Position numbers and translations under genes: made by a program. Below the pieces are notes generated by a model. That model worked only from the letters and a program-made list of their open reading frames with translations, did not search any database and had not been told where the DNA came from. DNA of 64,000 nt from Candidatus Nomurabacteria bacterium (lineage in GTDB: Bacteria; Patescibacteriota; Minisyncoccia; Phycocordibacterales; UBA918). This document shows, in pieces, positions 17,941 to 27,219 of the stretch; position 1 is the first letter of the stretch; every line of letters starts with the position of its first letter. Location of the stretch: contig JACKGI010000001.1 of assembly GCA_020632015.1 (NCBI GenBank), positions 23,574 to 87,573 on the forward strand, in the 5' to 3' direction.

Positions 17941-18089
17941 TACTATCTCCTTTGAAGGACAAAATGACGACAGAATAGTACCACATATGTTTTGTTTGTA
18001 AATATTTTTGCTTATCCAGCATTTTTTGTGTACGATTGGGTTCTGCTTAATACCTTTACGACCAGCAGAATTAAACTTGAATTTATATT

Positions 18090-18695
18090 ATGAAATCTGA
18101 ACAAACAAAACACGAAAGCAACTACCTAGTGCCGACTGTAATCGAAAAAGTACAAGGTGGGGAAAGAGCTTTTGATATTTACTCTCGCCTTCTTAAGGAA
18201 CGAATTATTTTCGTGACTGGTCCAATTGAGGATCATATGGCAAATCTTATTGTCGCCCAATTACTTTTCTTGGAAGCAGACGACCCAAAGAAAGATATAT
18301 TCTTATATGTAAACTCCCCTGGTGGTAGCGTGACCGCTGGCCTTTCTATTATCGACACAATGCACCACATCAAGCCAGAGATAGCGACTGTGTGTGTTGG
18401 TCTAGCGGCTTCTATGGGTTCACTTATCCTCTCACAAGGAGAAAAAGGTAAGAGATTCATTCTTCCAAATGCCGAGGTAATGATTCACCAGCCTTCAGGC
18501 GGAGCTTACGGACAAGCTTCTGATATAGACATTACTGCCAAGCACATCCTGAAAACCCGAGAAAGGTTGAACAAGATGTTAGCCAAAGCTACTGGTCAAA
18601 AGATTGAGAAAATCAACCAAGATGTTGACCGAGACTTCTTCATGGATGCCGAAGAAGCTAAGAAATACGGCATCGTTGATAAGGTGTATAAGTAG
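18090..18695 (+). CDS. clpP: ATP-dependent Clp protease proteolytic subunit
   Basis: 201 aa with [17 protein letters not shown], the catalytic Ser context GLAASMGS and MIHQPSGG. Confidence 0.95.
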   Translation: MKSEQTKHESNYLVPTVIEKVQGGERAFDIYSRLLKERIIFVTGPIEDHMANLIVAQLLFLEADDPKKDIFLYVNSPGGSVTAGLSIIDTMHHIKPEIATVCVGLAASMGSLILSQGEKGKRFILPNAEVMIHQPSGGAYGQASDIDITAKHILKTRERLNKMLAKATGQKIEKINQDVDRDFFMDAEEAKKYGIVDKVYK

Positions 18696-18711
18696 ACCTT
18701 CTCTCTAGAGA

Positions 18712-18802
18712 AAAACCCCAACTTTGATAAGGCCTTGCGGAAACAGTCTCCTAAACTGTTGAGCAGAGAACTTGATTCGTGTCTTATCAAAGTAGGGGTT
18801 TT
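18712..18802 (+). other. long-stem structured element between clpP and rny (elaborate terminator or ncRNA)
   Basis: AAAACCCCAACTTTGATAAG (18712-18731) pairs 19/20 with CTTATCAAAGTAGGGGTTTT (18783-18802). The stem encloses 51 nt containing an inner AACAGT/ACTGTT hairpin and is followed by GTGATTTC. Confidence 0.5.
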
Positions 18803-18893
18803 GTGATTTCTATCACTCGTTTACAAACCACCATTTCTCTAGTACAGTGCTGATACACAGTTACGGAGGATTATTTAATAAAGAAGTATTGTC

Positions 18894-20423
18894 ATGCCAC
18901 CATTAGCATTTACGGTTGCGTTAGGCTTGGCTCTATTTCTCGGTATTGGAGCAGGATATTTTGTACGCTATCTACACGCGCAATCAAAGAAAAACTCAAT
19001 TGAGTTGTTACTGAAGGAGCGTGAAATAAAAGCAGAAAAGAAAGCGTTAACTATTATTGAAGAGGCAGAAGCGAAAGCTGAACGTATCGAGAAAGAGGCA
19101 AAAGCTGCACAAAAACACTTAGAGGAAAAACTGGAACAAAAGGAAGAAAGGCTTGGAAAAAAAGAAGAAATTCTAGACGAAAGACAAATCGATATCGAGT
19201 CACAAAAAGAGGACTTACGAGGAAAAGTAGAACAAATTAAGTCTATAAAAGCTCAGTTGGATAGCAGGAAGGAAGAGGCTGACCAAAAACTAGCTGAAGT
19301 AGCGGGTCTGTCTAAGGAAGAGGCTTTTGAAAAAATCATTGCCAAAGTAGAATCAGAAAGATCAGAAGACATCTACTCTAGGTTACAAAAAATAGAGAGA
19401 GCGGGGGAAGAACAATATGAAGAGAAAGCTCAGAATCTACTTCTGGCTGCTATTCATCGTGTCGGCAATACCCTTGCGCCGAGTCTTATGACTGCTCATG
19501 TTGAAATACCAAGTGATGATCTGAAAGGAAAAGTGATTGGTAAGGAAGGAAGAAACGTAAGAGCTTTTGAAAGAGCTACTGGGGTAGATGTTTTGATAGA
19601 CGAGTCTCCTGGATACATCGTACTATCTTCATTCGATCCTATTCGACGAGAAATTGCACGTGTGGCATTAGAATCACTATTAAAAGACGGGAGAATCCAA
19701 CCAGCAAAGATTGAAGAAGAAGTTGAAAAAGCACGAGGAGAAGTTGCAAAGATTGTTCGTAAGATGGGAGAGAAGGCCGCTTATGACGCAAACGTACCTA
19801 ACTTGCACCCTGACCTTCTAACTATTCTCGGTCGCCTACACTTCCGAACAAGCTATGGCCAAAACGTTTTGTGGCACTCAGTTGAAATGGCGAACATAGC
19901 CGGAATCATTGCAGAAGAAGTGGGAGCTGATGTTTCGGTAGCTAGAGCTGGTGCCCTACTACACGATATTGGTAAGACAGTAAGCCATGAAGTGGCCGGT
20001 ACTCACGTTGAAATCGGAATTAGGATTCTTGAAAAATATGGTGTAAGCCAAGACGTTATTTTGGCCATGCGTGCTCACCATGAAGAATATCCATACGAAA
20101 CACCCGAGTCTATTATCGTGCAAGTGGCCGACTCCATTTCAGGAGGTCGTCCAGGAGCACGGCGTGATTCGATGGAGAATTATATTAAACGTCTGTCAGA
20201 CCTAGAAAACATTGCAACAAAGATTTCAGGTGTTGAAAAAGCTTTTGCTATCGCGGCCGGAAGAGAAATACGAGTGATTGTAAATCCTGCTGCACTCAAC
20301 GACTTAGAATCTAATAATCTTGCTAGAATTATTGCTACAAATATTGAGGCTCAGCTTCGATACCCAGGGGAAATTAAGGTACATGTAATTCGTGAAACGA
20401 GAGTAATTAGTTACGCTAGATAG
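18894..20423 (+). CDS. rny: ribonuclease Y
   Basis: 509 aa with an N-terminal TM helix, a coiled coil, a KH domain (GKVIGKEGRNVRAFE) and an HD domain (LLHDIGK). Confidence 0.93.
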   Translation: MPPLAFTVALGLALFLGIGAGYFVRYLHAQSKKNSIELLLKEREIKAEKKALTIIEEAEAKAERIEKEAKAAQKHLEEKLEQKEERLGKKEEILDERQIDIESQKEDLRGKVEQIKSIKAQLDSRKEEADQKLAEVAGLSKEEAFEKIIAKVESERSEDIYSRLQKIERAGEEQYEEKAQNLLLAAIHRVGNTLAPSLMTAHVEIPSDDLKGKVIGKEGRNVRAFERATGVDVLIDESPGYIVLSSFDPIRREIARVALESLLKDGRIQPAKIEEEVEKARGEVAKIVRKMGEKAAYDANVPNLHPDLLTILGRLHFRTSYGQNVLWHSVEMANIAGIIAEEVGADVSVARAGALLHDIGKTVSHEVAGTHVEIGIRILEKYGVSQDVILAMRAHHEEYPYETPESIIVQVADSISGGRPGARRDSMENYIKRLSDLENIATKISGVEKAFAIAAGREIRVIVNPAALNDLESNNLARIIATNIEAQLRYPGEIKVHVIRETRVISYAR

Positions 20424-20436
20424 ATAAAAAACCACA

Positions 20437-20475
20437 AAAAAGGCGAGGGCCACTGTGTGACCCTCGCCTTTTAAA
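20437..20475 (+). terminator. rho-independent terminator after rny
   Basis: GGCGAGGG pairs with CCCTCGCC around an 11-nt loop, followed by TTTT. Confidence 0.7.
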
Positions 20476-20634
20476 ATTTGACCAAAAAACATTACACCAT
20501 ACAAAAAGCTCTTGTGTAGTCGTTGCAGTACATATACGTTGCTATATAATGTTTTGTAAGCCATAACGGCATCGTGCTTGAGTTATCGCTCACCACAATT
20601 TTTTAATCGCTCTTAGAATATTAATCTCAGATCT

Positions 20635-20907
20635 ATGAATAAAGCAGACATCATCAGCAAAGTGCATGAAGTACTAGACACTACAAAAGCTGACGCAGAA
20701 CGAGCAGTTGACGCAGTATTTGGTAGCATCGAATCAGCAATGAAAGATGGTACACAAGTATCAGTAGCAGGTTTCGGAATCTTCGAAGCTAAAATGCGAG
20801 CAGCTCGAGAAGCACGTAACCCACGAACTGGTGAAACTGTACAAGTACCAGCAATGCGAGTACCAAAGTTCCGAGCAGCTAAGGCTCTAAAGGATGCAGT
20901 AAAGTAG
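20635..20907 (+). CDS. hup: DNA-binding protein HU
   Basis: 90 aa with MNKADII, the GFGIFE beta-arm and RNPRTGE. Confidence 0.93.
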   Translation: MNKADIISKVHEVLDTTKADAERAVDAVFGSIESAMKDGTQVSVAGFGIFEAKMRAAREARNPRTGETVQVPAMRVPKFRAAKALKDAVK

Positions 20908-20926
20908 GCAACTACTATTCTCCATG

Positions 20927-20968
20927 AAAGGCCGGTGAAGACGTTTGTCTTCCCCGGCCTTTCTCTTA
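20927..20968 (+). terminator. rho-independent terminator after hup
   Basis: AAAGGCCGGTGAAGAC pairs with GTCTTCCCCGGCCTTT (one mismatch), followed by CTCTT. Confidence 0.7.
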
Positions 20969-20992
20969 CCTAATCTCTATATACCGGTTTCT

Positions 20993-21078
20993 CTAGCAAC
21001 ATATTTTGAGCGTCCGCGGGGACTAATCGCTTACTATTCAGACGAACACATCGGAGCGTGTGAAAAATATGTTGCTAG
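20993..21078. repeat. 15-bp inverted repeat enclosing 56 nt
   Basis: CTAGCAACATATTTT (20993-21007) and AAAATATGTTGCTAG (21064-21078). Confidence 0.5.
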
Positions 21079-21120
21079 GTAAATAGTTCAACGTTTTCTA
21101 TTTCTCACAAAATTTAACTA

Positions 21121-21232
21121 TGATATAATTTAGGAGTAACGGAGGTAATAATCGTTACGCGGAAATATAAGGAGCAATCCTTGTATCTCCCACCACATTC
21201 GGAAGTCCCCTAGCCTGGGGACTTTCGTTTAT
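21121..21232 (+). ncRNA. candidate small transcript (extended -10 promoter, two hairpins, terminator-like hairpin); family unknown
   Basis: TGATATAAT lies at 21121-21129. Hairpins are GTAACG/CGTTAC (21136-21158) and AAGTCCCC/GGGGACTT (21203-21224), the latter followed by TCGTTTAT. There is no ATG-initiated ORF. Confidence 0.3.
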
Positions 21233-21402
21233 CTGATTGAAATATCGTTTGTTTATGATAGGATGTTGTGACTTCAGATTTCTGGAGTGCGCAGAAGACT
21301 GAAAGCAAGCACTCAATCTTCATTGCGGTTGTATCCTAACGATACATCCGCTGCGCTCGTAAGGCTCATGCTCGAGCAAGCTCGGCATAATCTTACTCGC
21401 TT

Positions 21403-21473
21403 GCGGGTGTAGTTTAGTGGTAAAACGACTGCCTTCCAAGCAGTAGTCGGGAGTTCGATTCTTCTCACCCGCA
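21403..21473 (+). tRNA. tRNA-Gly (anticodon UCC)
   Basis: Manual cloverleaf: acceptor GCGGGTG/CACCCGC, anticodon arm ACTGC-CTTCCAA-GCAGT, T arm GGGAG-TTCGATT-CTTCT. CCA is not encoded; the discriminator A is followed by CAA. Confidence 0.9.
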
Positions 21474-21529
21474 CAATTCAGAGCCGGAGACAACGCGTCT
21501 TGGCACCCTTAAAAACGTAATTTTATAGT

Positions 21530-21949
21530 ATGAAAGAAATACCAGAATGTTTTTATCGTGTCAGCGTAAAGGCTCTAATCCTTAACGAAGCTAAGGATAA
21601 ATTTTTAATCTGTGAAGAAGACAGTGGCAAATGGGAGCTCCCTGGCGGAGGTCTTGACTGGGGTGAAATTCCACAACAAGGTATACCTAGAGAAATATCA
21701 GAAGAGATGGGCTTGAAAGTATTGGAAGTTGCTGAGCATCCAGCTTATTTCCTAACTGGACAAATGAGTAAAGGAGATTGGGCAGTCAATGTCTTGTACG
21801 AGACCAAAGTTGAACATTTAAACTTCACGCCATCAGATGAATGTGTGAATATCAGATTCGTAAATAAAGAAGACGTCCAAGGCATGGAAGTCTTCCCTAC
21901 TATTCAAAAATTAGCAGAGATGTTTAATCCTGAAATGCATTTACGATAA
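21530..21949 (+). CDS. Nudix hydrolase
   Basis: 139 aa with the Nudix box GGGLDWGEIPQQGIPREISEEMGL. Confidence 0.85.
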   Translation: MKEIPECFYRVSVKALILNEAKDKFLICEEDSGKWELPGGGLDWGEIPQQGIPREISEEMGLKVLEVAEHPAYFLTGQMSKGDWAVNVLYETKVEHLNFTPSDECVNIRFVNKEDVQGMEVFPTIQKLAEMFNPEMHLR

Positions 21950-21987
21950 TTCGGTCAAAACATCATACTGAATACCCAGAAATAGCT

Positions 21988-22010
21988 AAACCCTCCGTTA
22001 CGGAGGGTTT
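21988..22010. terminator. bidirectional terminator between convergent genes
   Basis: AAACCCTCCG, loop TTA, CGGAGGGTTT. Confidence 0.7.
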
Positions 22011-22014
22011 GGAG

Positions 22015-22317
22015 TTAGGTTTTTAGTATAAAAAACTCTTCTTCTGACATAGGCAAGTGATATTTTTCTTGTCTAAGCAAGTGTCTTTCAGCACCATCAC
22101 AATATTCGATTGATTCTGTTCCATTAACAACATCACATTCTCCCGGAGCCCTCAAACAGTTACAACTTATACAATCTGTACCAACCAAAGTCATGTAGCT
22201 GTATGCCCAGTCACTTCCGTCACATCTTCCACCACCTATCCGATGAGGAAATTTGTAAGCAGAACATTTGCAGGTAACTTGTCTATCGCGTTTTTTTGAC
22301 ACAAATAATACTCCCAA
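22015..22317 (-). CDS. small Cys/His-rich protein (putative metal-binding), unknown function
   Basis: It has 9 Cys in about 70 aa (CKCSAYKFPHRIGGGRC ... CISCNC ... GEC ... YC). The track start is a TTG. The GTG at 22302 preceded by GGGAG is more plausible and gives about 95 aa. Confidence 0.55.
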   Translation of the reverse strand: MGVLFVSKKRDRQVTCKCSAYKFPHRIGGGRCDGSDWAYSYMTLVGTDCISCNCLRAPGECDVVNGTESIEYCDGAERHLLRQEKYHLPMSEEEFFILKT

Positions 22318-22374
22318 ATAATTTTCTTTTCCAAGAAAAGAATACGGCAGTGCGAATAGATGTCAAGATAAACG

Positions 22375-22638
22375 TTACTTCCCTTGATTCCATCTCTGAT
22401 AACCAACCATTAGCCACAAGAGGCCATTTGCGACACTTACAAATGCAGTAGCAGAAGAGAGAAATGAACCACCAACACCCAAAACTATCAAGGCCAGTCC
22501 AGTAAGTACACTGGCTTGAACTGGCGGTTTTTGTTTATCAAAAATCATTAAGATTATGGTGTAAGCAAAAAACAACTGAACCAAGACACCTGTCCAATCT
22601 TCAATCAGCCAACTAATTAATGAATCAAACATTTTCAA
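22375..22638 (-). CDS. small three-TM membrane protein
   Basis: 85-87 aa with three hydrophobic helices. The ATG at 22632 is the likely start. Confidence 0.55.
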   Translation of the reverse strand: MKMFDSLISWLIEDWTGVLVQLFFAYTIILMIFDKQKPPVQASVLTGLALIVLGVGGSFLSSATAFVSVANGLLWLMVGYQRWNQGK

Positions 22639-22746
22639 ATTCTAACACTAAACTTTACAAAATATTTATTTCAAATATAGTATTTTGTTGTAGCCAATAT
22701 TTGGTAGATCACAATCCAAAAACCGTAATCTAAAAGGAGATTATTC

Positions 22747-22995
22747 ATGTCTTACGGACCAAGAAGAACCACTGTGGGCCACACACGAGCAAAACAAGAC
22801 CTGGAGGCTGTCGAACGAAGAGTTGCTGAATACAACCAACGTGAGAAAAACCGTTTGGATGCAGAAAAGCAAAGCCGGAACAAGGCGTTGAAAAATTTCG
22901 TCAACGGCAACATCGGCACCGAAGGTTTCAAGCAGGCTGTAAACCGTTACAAGAAAGAAGGCGTGATGACTTTCACCCCAACCCTTCCGGAGTAA
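22747..22995 (+). CDS. small basic hypothetical protein
   Basis: 82 aa with an AAGGAG Shine-Dalgarno upstream and its own terminator downstream. Confidence 0.6.
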   Translation: MSYGPRRTTVGHTRAKQDLEAVERRVAEYNQREKNRLDAEKQSRNKALKNFVNGNIGTEGFKQAVNRYKKEGVMTFTPTLPE

Positions 22996-23012
22996 CTTAG
23001 GTTCTCCTGTCT

Positions 23013-23040
23013 ACCCAGCATTTTTATGCTGGGTTTTTTA
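23013..23040 (+). terminator. rho-independent terminator
   Basis: ACCCAGCA pairs with TGCTGGGT, followed by TTTTTT. Confidence 0.8.
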
Positions 23041-23074
23041 ATTTGAGATATTCTCAATGTTATACTAGGCAAAC

Positions 23075-24166
23075 ATGCAACTACTAACCGATATATTAGT
23101 AAGTATTCTAGCGAGTTATTTGGCCTTTACTAATTTCTTAGCAGATAATATAGAAGATCTACTCAGTAGTGAAATCGAATCTGAAATAGTAATTAACGAA
23201 GCTTCTCTAGAGATAGAAAACGTCATATCCTCTTTACCAAGTAAGAGAGAACATGCGATACCTGACGTTCTTCTACGAAGTACAAAGTACCAATCTGCGG
23301 CCATATCTAGCAGTGCAGGACTAACTGGCGCCACCACAAAGGATCCTTTTGATGCCATTGTTAATGTTTTCTGCACTCTTAAAACAAAAGATTCCATTAG
23401 AACTACTACCGGTTCTGGTTTTTTCATTGACCCAGATGGAGTCATCATGACCAATGCTCACGTAGCACAATTTCTACTTCTAGAAGAGACCGATACATTT
23501 GGCGAAGCCGAATGTACAATTCGTGACGGCAATCCAGCTTCGCCAAAATATAAGGCTGAATTACTATATATATCCCCTGCTTGGATACAAGAAAACGCAG
23601 GAGTAATGAGCGCCACTGTTCCTATGGGTACTGGTGAGCGAGATTATGCTCTTTTGTATGTAAGTGAACAAATTGACGGTAGTCCTCTCCCGGCCACCTT
23701 CCCCGCCCTTGGCTTCGACACATCGTTACTTCCACTATCAACTCGGAACGACCAAGTCCTAGCGGCCGGCTACCCCGCAAAACCACTACTTGAAAACGGA
23801 CCAAGTGCAGACCTAATACCTCGCAAAGCAACAACTACAGTTTCCGAACTTTATACATTTGGCTCAAATCATGCAGACGTTTTCTCTATTCGTGGGAGTG
23901 AGGTTGGCACAGAAGGCTCTTCTGGCGGTCCTGTACTCAACAGCCAAGGCGATGTTATTGGTATTATCGTGACCCGTGGCGACGATGCTTCAGACGGACA
24001 AGGTAGCCTAAGAGCAATTACTCTTTCCCATATTCAAGAAACCATTCTTCAGGAAACCAGGTTTGATTTAGAACGAAACTTAGGAGGAAACTTAGCTTTT
24101 CGTTCGCAAATTTTTGCAGAAACCATGACCCCTTTCCTACTTACTATCTTGCAACAAGCTAATTAG
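23075..24166 (+). CDS. membrane-anchored trypsin-like (S1/HtrA-type) serine protease without PDZ
   Basis: 363 aa. The catalytic triad contexts are TNAHV, DYALLYV and GSSGGPVLN. An N-terminal hydrophobic anchor is present. Confidence 0.8.
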   Translation: MQLLTDILVSILASYLAFTNFLADNIEDLLSSEIESEIVINEASLEIENVISSLPSKREHAIPDVLLRSTKYQSAAISSSAGLTGATTKDPFDAIVNVFCTLKTKDSIRTTTGSGFFIDPDGVIMTNAHVAQFLLLEETDTFGEAECTIRDGNPASPKYKAELLYISPAWIQENAGVMSATVPMGTGERDYALLYVSEQIDGSPLPATFPALGFDTSLLPLSTRNDQVLAAGYPAKPLLENGPSADLIPRKATTTVSELYTFGSNHADVFSIRGSEVGTEGSSGGPVLNSQGDVIGIIVTRGDDASDGQGSLRAITLSHIQETILQETRFDLERNLGGNLAFRSQIFAETMTPFLLTILQQAN

Positions 24167-25271
24167 AGCTTTTGGTATAAATCGTTTGGGTTGGGTATGC
24201 AAATTCAATACCTAGCTCAGCAAACTGTTTCATCAAATCAAAGTTGAAGGATTGTTGAATATTTAGATACTGAGCATATTCAGACGATTCTACAAAGTAA
24301 ACTATTTCAAAGATTAGAGCAGAGTCACCAAAACTAGTGAAGTGAACTCTATCCAATCTCCCGCCTTCTAGTGATTCAAAAATACGAGTGACAATACCCG
24401 GTACATTGTGTACCAAATCCTGAGGAGTCTCATAGGTAATACCAAACTTTGTCACAATTCTACGTTCACGCATTTTTTTGAAATTTTGTACTCGAGCAGT
24501 TGTAAGTTCTGCATTAGAAATTACCAATTCTTCTCCCTGTAAAGTTCTAATTCGGGTTGTTTTAATACCGATTCTTTCAACTGTTCCTGAGTCTGTTCCA
24601 ATCACAATAAAATCACCAATCCTAAACGGTTTGTCAAAATAAATTGAGAAAGACGCAAACAAATCACTAAGAACCCCTTGTAGAGCAAAAGCGATAGCGA
24701 TACCTCCAATACCTAAGCCAGCCAAGAGTGAGGTTACTTCGATACCTAGATTGGATAAAACAAATAGAATACCTAATGACCAGAGAAGTATTCGAGAAAT
24801 CAACGAAACTAAATTTGAAGCATTGGCCGAATTTGGGTCTATTTTTCCATCACCATCCTCATCTTTTTCAAGAAAGTTAGTGGCAAAGTAATTTACTAAA
24901 CCAGTGATTATTTCAATTGTTTGCCACACTATTGAAAACAAGAAGACAAAAGTGAATACCTTGTCGACAAGGTCAGAAAATGTAAAAAATTGTAGTGAGG
25001 CATACAAGGCAACCAGCGTATACACCCACGCTCTTACATTCTCTACCGCTCCAACCAACACATCATCAAAATCCCCTTTTGTTTTGCTAGCTAGTGACTT
25101 GATTCTATGCAAAATAACAATTCTCAATAGCCAAAACAAAAAAGTTAGTGACAGAAACACTACCAGAGCTGCTGCTGGTTTCAGTAAATTTACTTCTCCC
25201 AAAAACGGTAAAGTATAAGTCATTGCTGGTAATAAATCAGTAATTGCCGTGGCAGAAAAATAGTCAAACAT
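24159..25271 (-). CDS. mechanosensitive ion channel (MscS family)
   Basis: 370 aa with TM helices, then GIGGIAIAFALQGVLSDLFASF and the beta-domain PFRIGDFIVIG..GTVERIGIKTTRIRTLQGEELVISNAEL. Confidence 0.88.
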   Translation of the reverse strand: MFDYFSATAITDLLPAMTYTLPFLGEVNLLKPAAALVVFLSLTFLFWLLRIVILHRIKSLASKTKGDFDDVLVGAVENVRAWVYTLVALYASLQFFTFSDLVDKVFTFVFLFSIVWQTIEIITGLVNYFATNFLEKDEDGDGKIDPNSANASNLVSLISRILLWSLGILFVLSNLGIEVTSLLAGLGIGGIAIAFALQGVLSDLFASFSIYFDKPFRIGDFIVIGTDSGTVERIGIKTTRIRTLQGEELVISNAELTTARVQNFKKMRERRIVTKFGITYETPQDLVHNVPGIVTRIFESLEGGRLDRVHFTSFGDSALIFEIVYFVESSEYAQYLNIQQSFNFDLMKQFAELGIEFAYPTQTIYTKSSN

Positions 25272-25451
25272 AGGTAATAGTTATCTAATACGTTGTTACC
25301 CTAACAAATTTACCCACTTGGCTCAATGTTCACACCCATCGGCTTCTCAAAACCAGGACTCACCAGTATTATGTTCATTCCTCGATTGCATTGTAATGCT
25401 TTCGAGTGGAATGTTCTTTTGAATTAACGTTAATTCCCAATTATTTGGAGA

Positions 25452-25479
25452 AAGCCGCATGGGTGGGACCATGCGGCTT
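25452..25479 (-). terminator. hairpin after the GATase gene (probable terminator)
   Basis: AAGCCGCATGG pairs with CCATGCGGCTT around a 6-nt loop, 14 nt downstream of the stop. Confidence 0.5.
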
Positions 25480-25492
25480 TTCTCTATCTAGA

Positions 25493-26263
25493 TTAATCAA
25501 CACTGACCTGAGTATCTGCTTTCATTGCAACAAATTTACTAAAATTTTGCAAAATTGTATTTGAATGTATGTCATCTTTAAAAATCTCTTCAAAAACAGA
25601 ACCTTCTGGCAGATAACCCGGTGAATTTTTAATACGGATTACCATGTCCTCAAAATTCATTTCTGGATGAAACTGAGTGGTGAAAATATTATTTTTATAT
25701 CGTAGTGCAGAAACCTTACATTTATCTCCACCGCACATTATCAACTTCGCTCCCTCAGGCACTCGGTCCAAAGCGTCTTTGTGGCCATAATGAGCTTGAA
25801 ATGAATCAGGTAAGTTTGAGAATAGAAAATGGTCTTCTTTGTCTACCACAAGCTTTACTTCGTGCGAACATGTCTTCTTTTGTACTACATCATATTTAAC
25901 TTGAGCGCCTTTGAAGTAACCAAGAAGCTGGTGACCATAGCATATACCTAGAGTAGGGACGTCTTCCTCGAACAAGTAACAAAAAAGGGCGTCCAACCTA
26001 TCGACAAACTCAAAGGTTGTCATCTTTGCAGGATCGTCTGCCTCTCTATTGCCATCAAAATCAAATTCTCCTGACCCACCAAGTATTAGTCCACTGTATT
26101 CAGACATAAGTTCAGCAGGAGCGTTCCAGTTTATGGTCAGGTCTGTTGCACTTATAAAGTCTACATCTGTGTAGACCCCTGCTTCCCGCTCTATACTTGC
26201 CTGTTCTTGTTCAACAGAATTTTTATTATTACGAAATTGAATACAAAGGATTTTTGGTCTCAT
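25493..26263 (-). CDS. class I glutamine amidotransferase-like protein
   Basis: 256 aa with the nucleophile elbow LGICYGHQLL and a C-terminal FHPE histidine motif. Confidence 0.75.
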   Translation of the reverse strand: MRPKILCIQFRNNKNSVEQEQASIEREAGVYTDVDFISATDLTINWNAPAELMSEYSGLILGGSGEFDFDGNREADDPAKMTTFEFVDRLDALFCYLFEEDVPTLGICYGHQLLGYFKGAQVKYDVVQKKTCSHEVKLVVDKEDHFLFSNLPDSFQAHYGHKDALDRVPEGAKLIMCGGDKCKVSALRYKNNIFTTQFHPEMNFEDMVIRIKNSPGYLPEGSVFEEIFKDDIHSNTILQNFSKFVAMKADTQVSVD

Positions 26264-26403
26264 GATTTATACACTACATTTTATTCAGCGCTCAAATAAG
26301 AAAGTATTCCAATCTGAGAACTAAAGGCAGACACGGAGTCTGCCAAGGACTCTTACGAGCCAGAAGTATCTGGTTGACGATATACGCCTCACAGAAAAGA
26401 TTA

Positions 26404-27069
26404 TCACGCACTAAGTAGGATTTGGTCGCTTTTACATGAATCTCTCAGTACATCGAACCACGTGGACACGGCATCATTGACTCCAAAACTACAGCCAATG
26501 ACCCATGACTTCTCTAAGGCTAAATCAATCCTTAAACTGATTTCAAAGATTCCTCTAAAACCAGATTGTTGAATTTTTCTAACCAGGCCATCTGATGACC
26601 GGCGACAATGTACGAGCTGATGTTCAGTGAAGAGGTTTACCTCTTCGCCATCAAGCTCATACCCGCCCAAGAGATAAGCGTTCATTTCATCAGTACAGTA
26701 GATTGCGCCTCCATCTAAACAACCGACCGTAGCCTGAACCAGATACTCATCCAAGTTCTTCCATGAACTGGAAAGCATGGTCTCCTTAAGTTCTGTAAAA
26801 GATTTGGTCAATACCGAGTCTCCATCTCCGGTCTTTAGCCAACACGGTTTGTTGCCAAGTACTGGCCAAATGTATTCTGGAACAATGGTTGAAAGTGATG
26901 AATTCTTAACAATGATTGATTGCGGTATATTACAAAACCTACCCCACGTTTTCTTCAGCTCTATCTTGTTCTCGAAAGTTGAAATGATTTCACTATCGAC
27001 AACACACGATGATTCGAAACATTCCAAACCACGTGTTAGAGCTTCGTGCCCCATTACTATATCCATCAT
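26404..27069 (-). CDS. hypothetical protein (221 aa)
   Basis: A long ORF. The C-terminal part is only vaguely reminiscent of an ATP-grasp fold (GFRGIFEISLRID). Not supportable as a family call. Confidence 0.5.
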   Translation of the reverse strand: MMDIVMGHEALTRGLECFESSCVVDSEIISTFENKIELKKTWGRFCNIPQSIIVKNSSLSTIVPEYIWPVLGNKPCWLKTGDGDSVLTKSFTELKETMLSSSWKNLDEYLVQATVGCLDGGAIYCTDEMNAYLLGGYELDGEEVNLFTEHQLVHCRRSSDGLVRKIQQSGFRGIFEISLRIDLALEKSWVIGCSFGVNDAVSTWFDVLRDSCKSDQILLSA

Positions 27070-27133
27070 GATACTCCTATGGTTTTAATGAACATGTCAG
27101 GCCATCCCAAGCTGGGTCCTGATCGGCTTAGAT

Positions 27134-27173
27134 GGCCGGCGGAGGAATTGGAGACTCAATTCCTCCGCCGGCC
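27134..27173. repeat. 17-bp GC-rich perfect hairpin
   Basis: GGCCGGCGGAGGAATTG (27134-27150), loop GAGACT, CAATTCCTCCGCCGGCC (27157-27173). There is no adjacent U-tract on either strand. Confidence 0.6.
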
Positions 27174-27187
27174 ACCCAAGTTTGCAA

Positions 27188-27219
27188 ACAAAAAACCGGC
27201 CCGCTTTTGCGGGCCGGTT
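27188..27219 (-). terminator. rho-independent terminator after the anti-sigma-like gene
   Basis: AACCGGCCCGC, loop TTTT, GCGGGCCGGTT. The A-run at 27188-27195 becomes a U-tract on the minus strand. Confidence 0.8.

Noticed and set aside
18035-18050. Isolated DnaA-box-like 9-mers (e.g. CTTATCCAG upstream of clpP; TAATCCACC at about 61192).
   Set aside because: They are single 7/9 matches with no clustering, which is expected by chance in AT-rich DNA.
24159-24166. Convergent protease and MscS genes overlap by 8 bp in the palindrome CTAATTAG, so both end in AAT TAG.
   Set aside because: This is a neat coincidence of stop codons within a palindrome. It implies no further function beyond the lack of an intergenic terminator.
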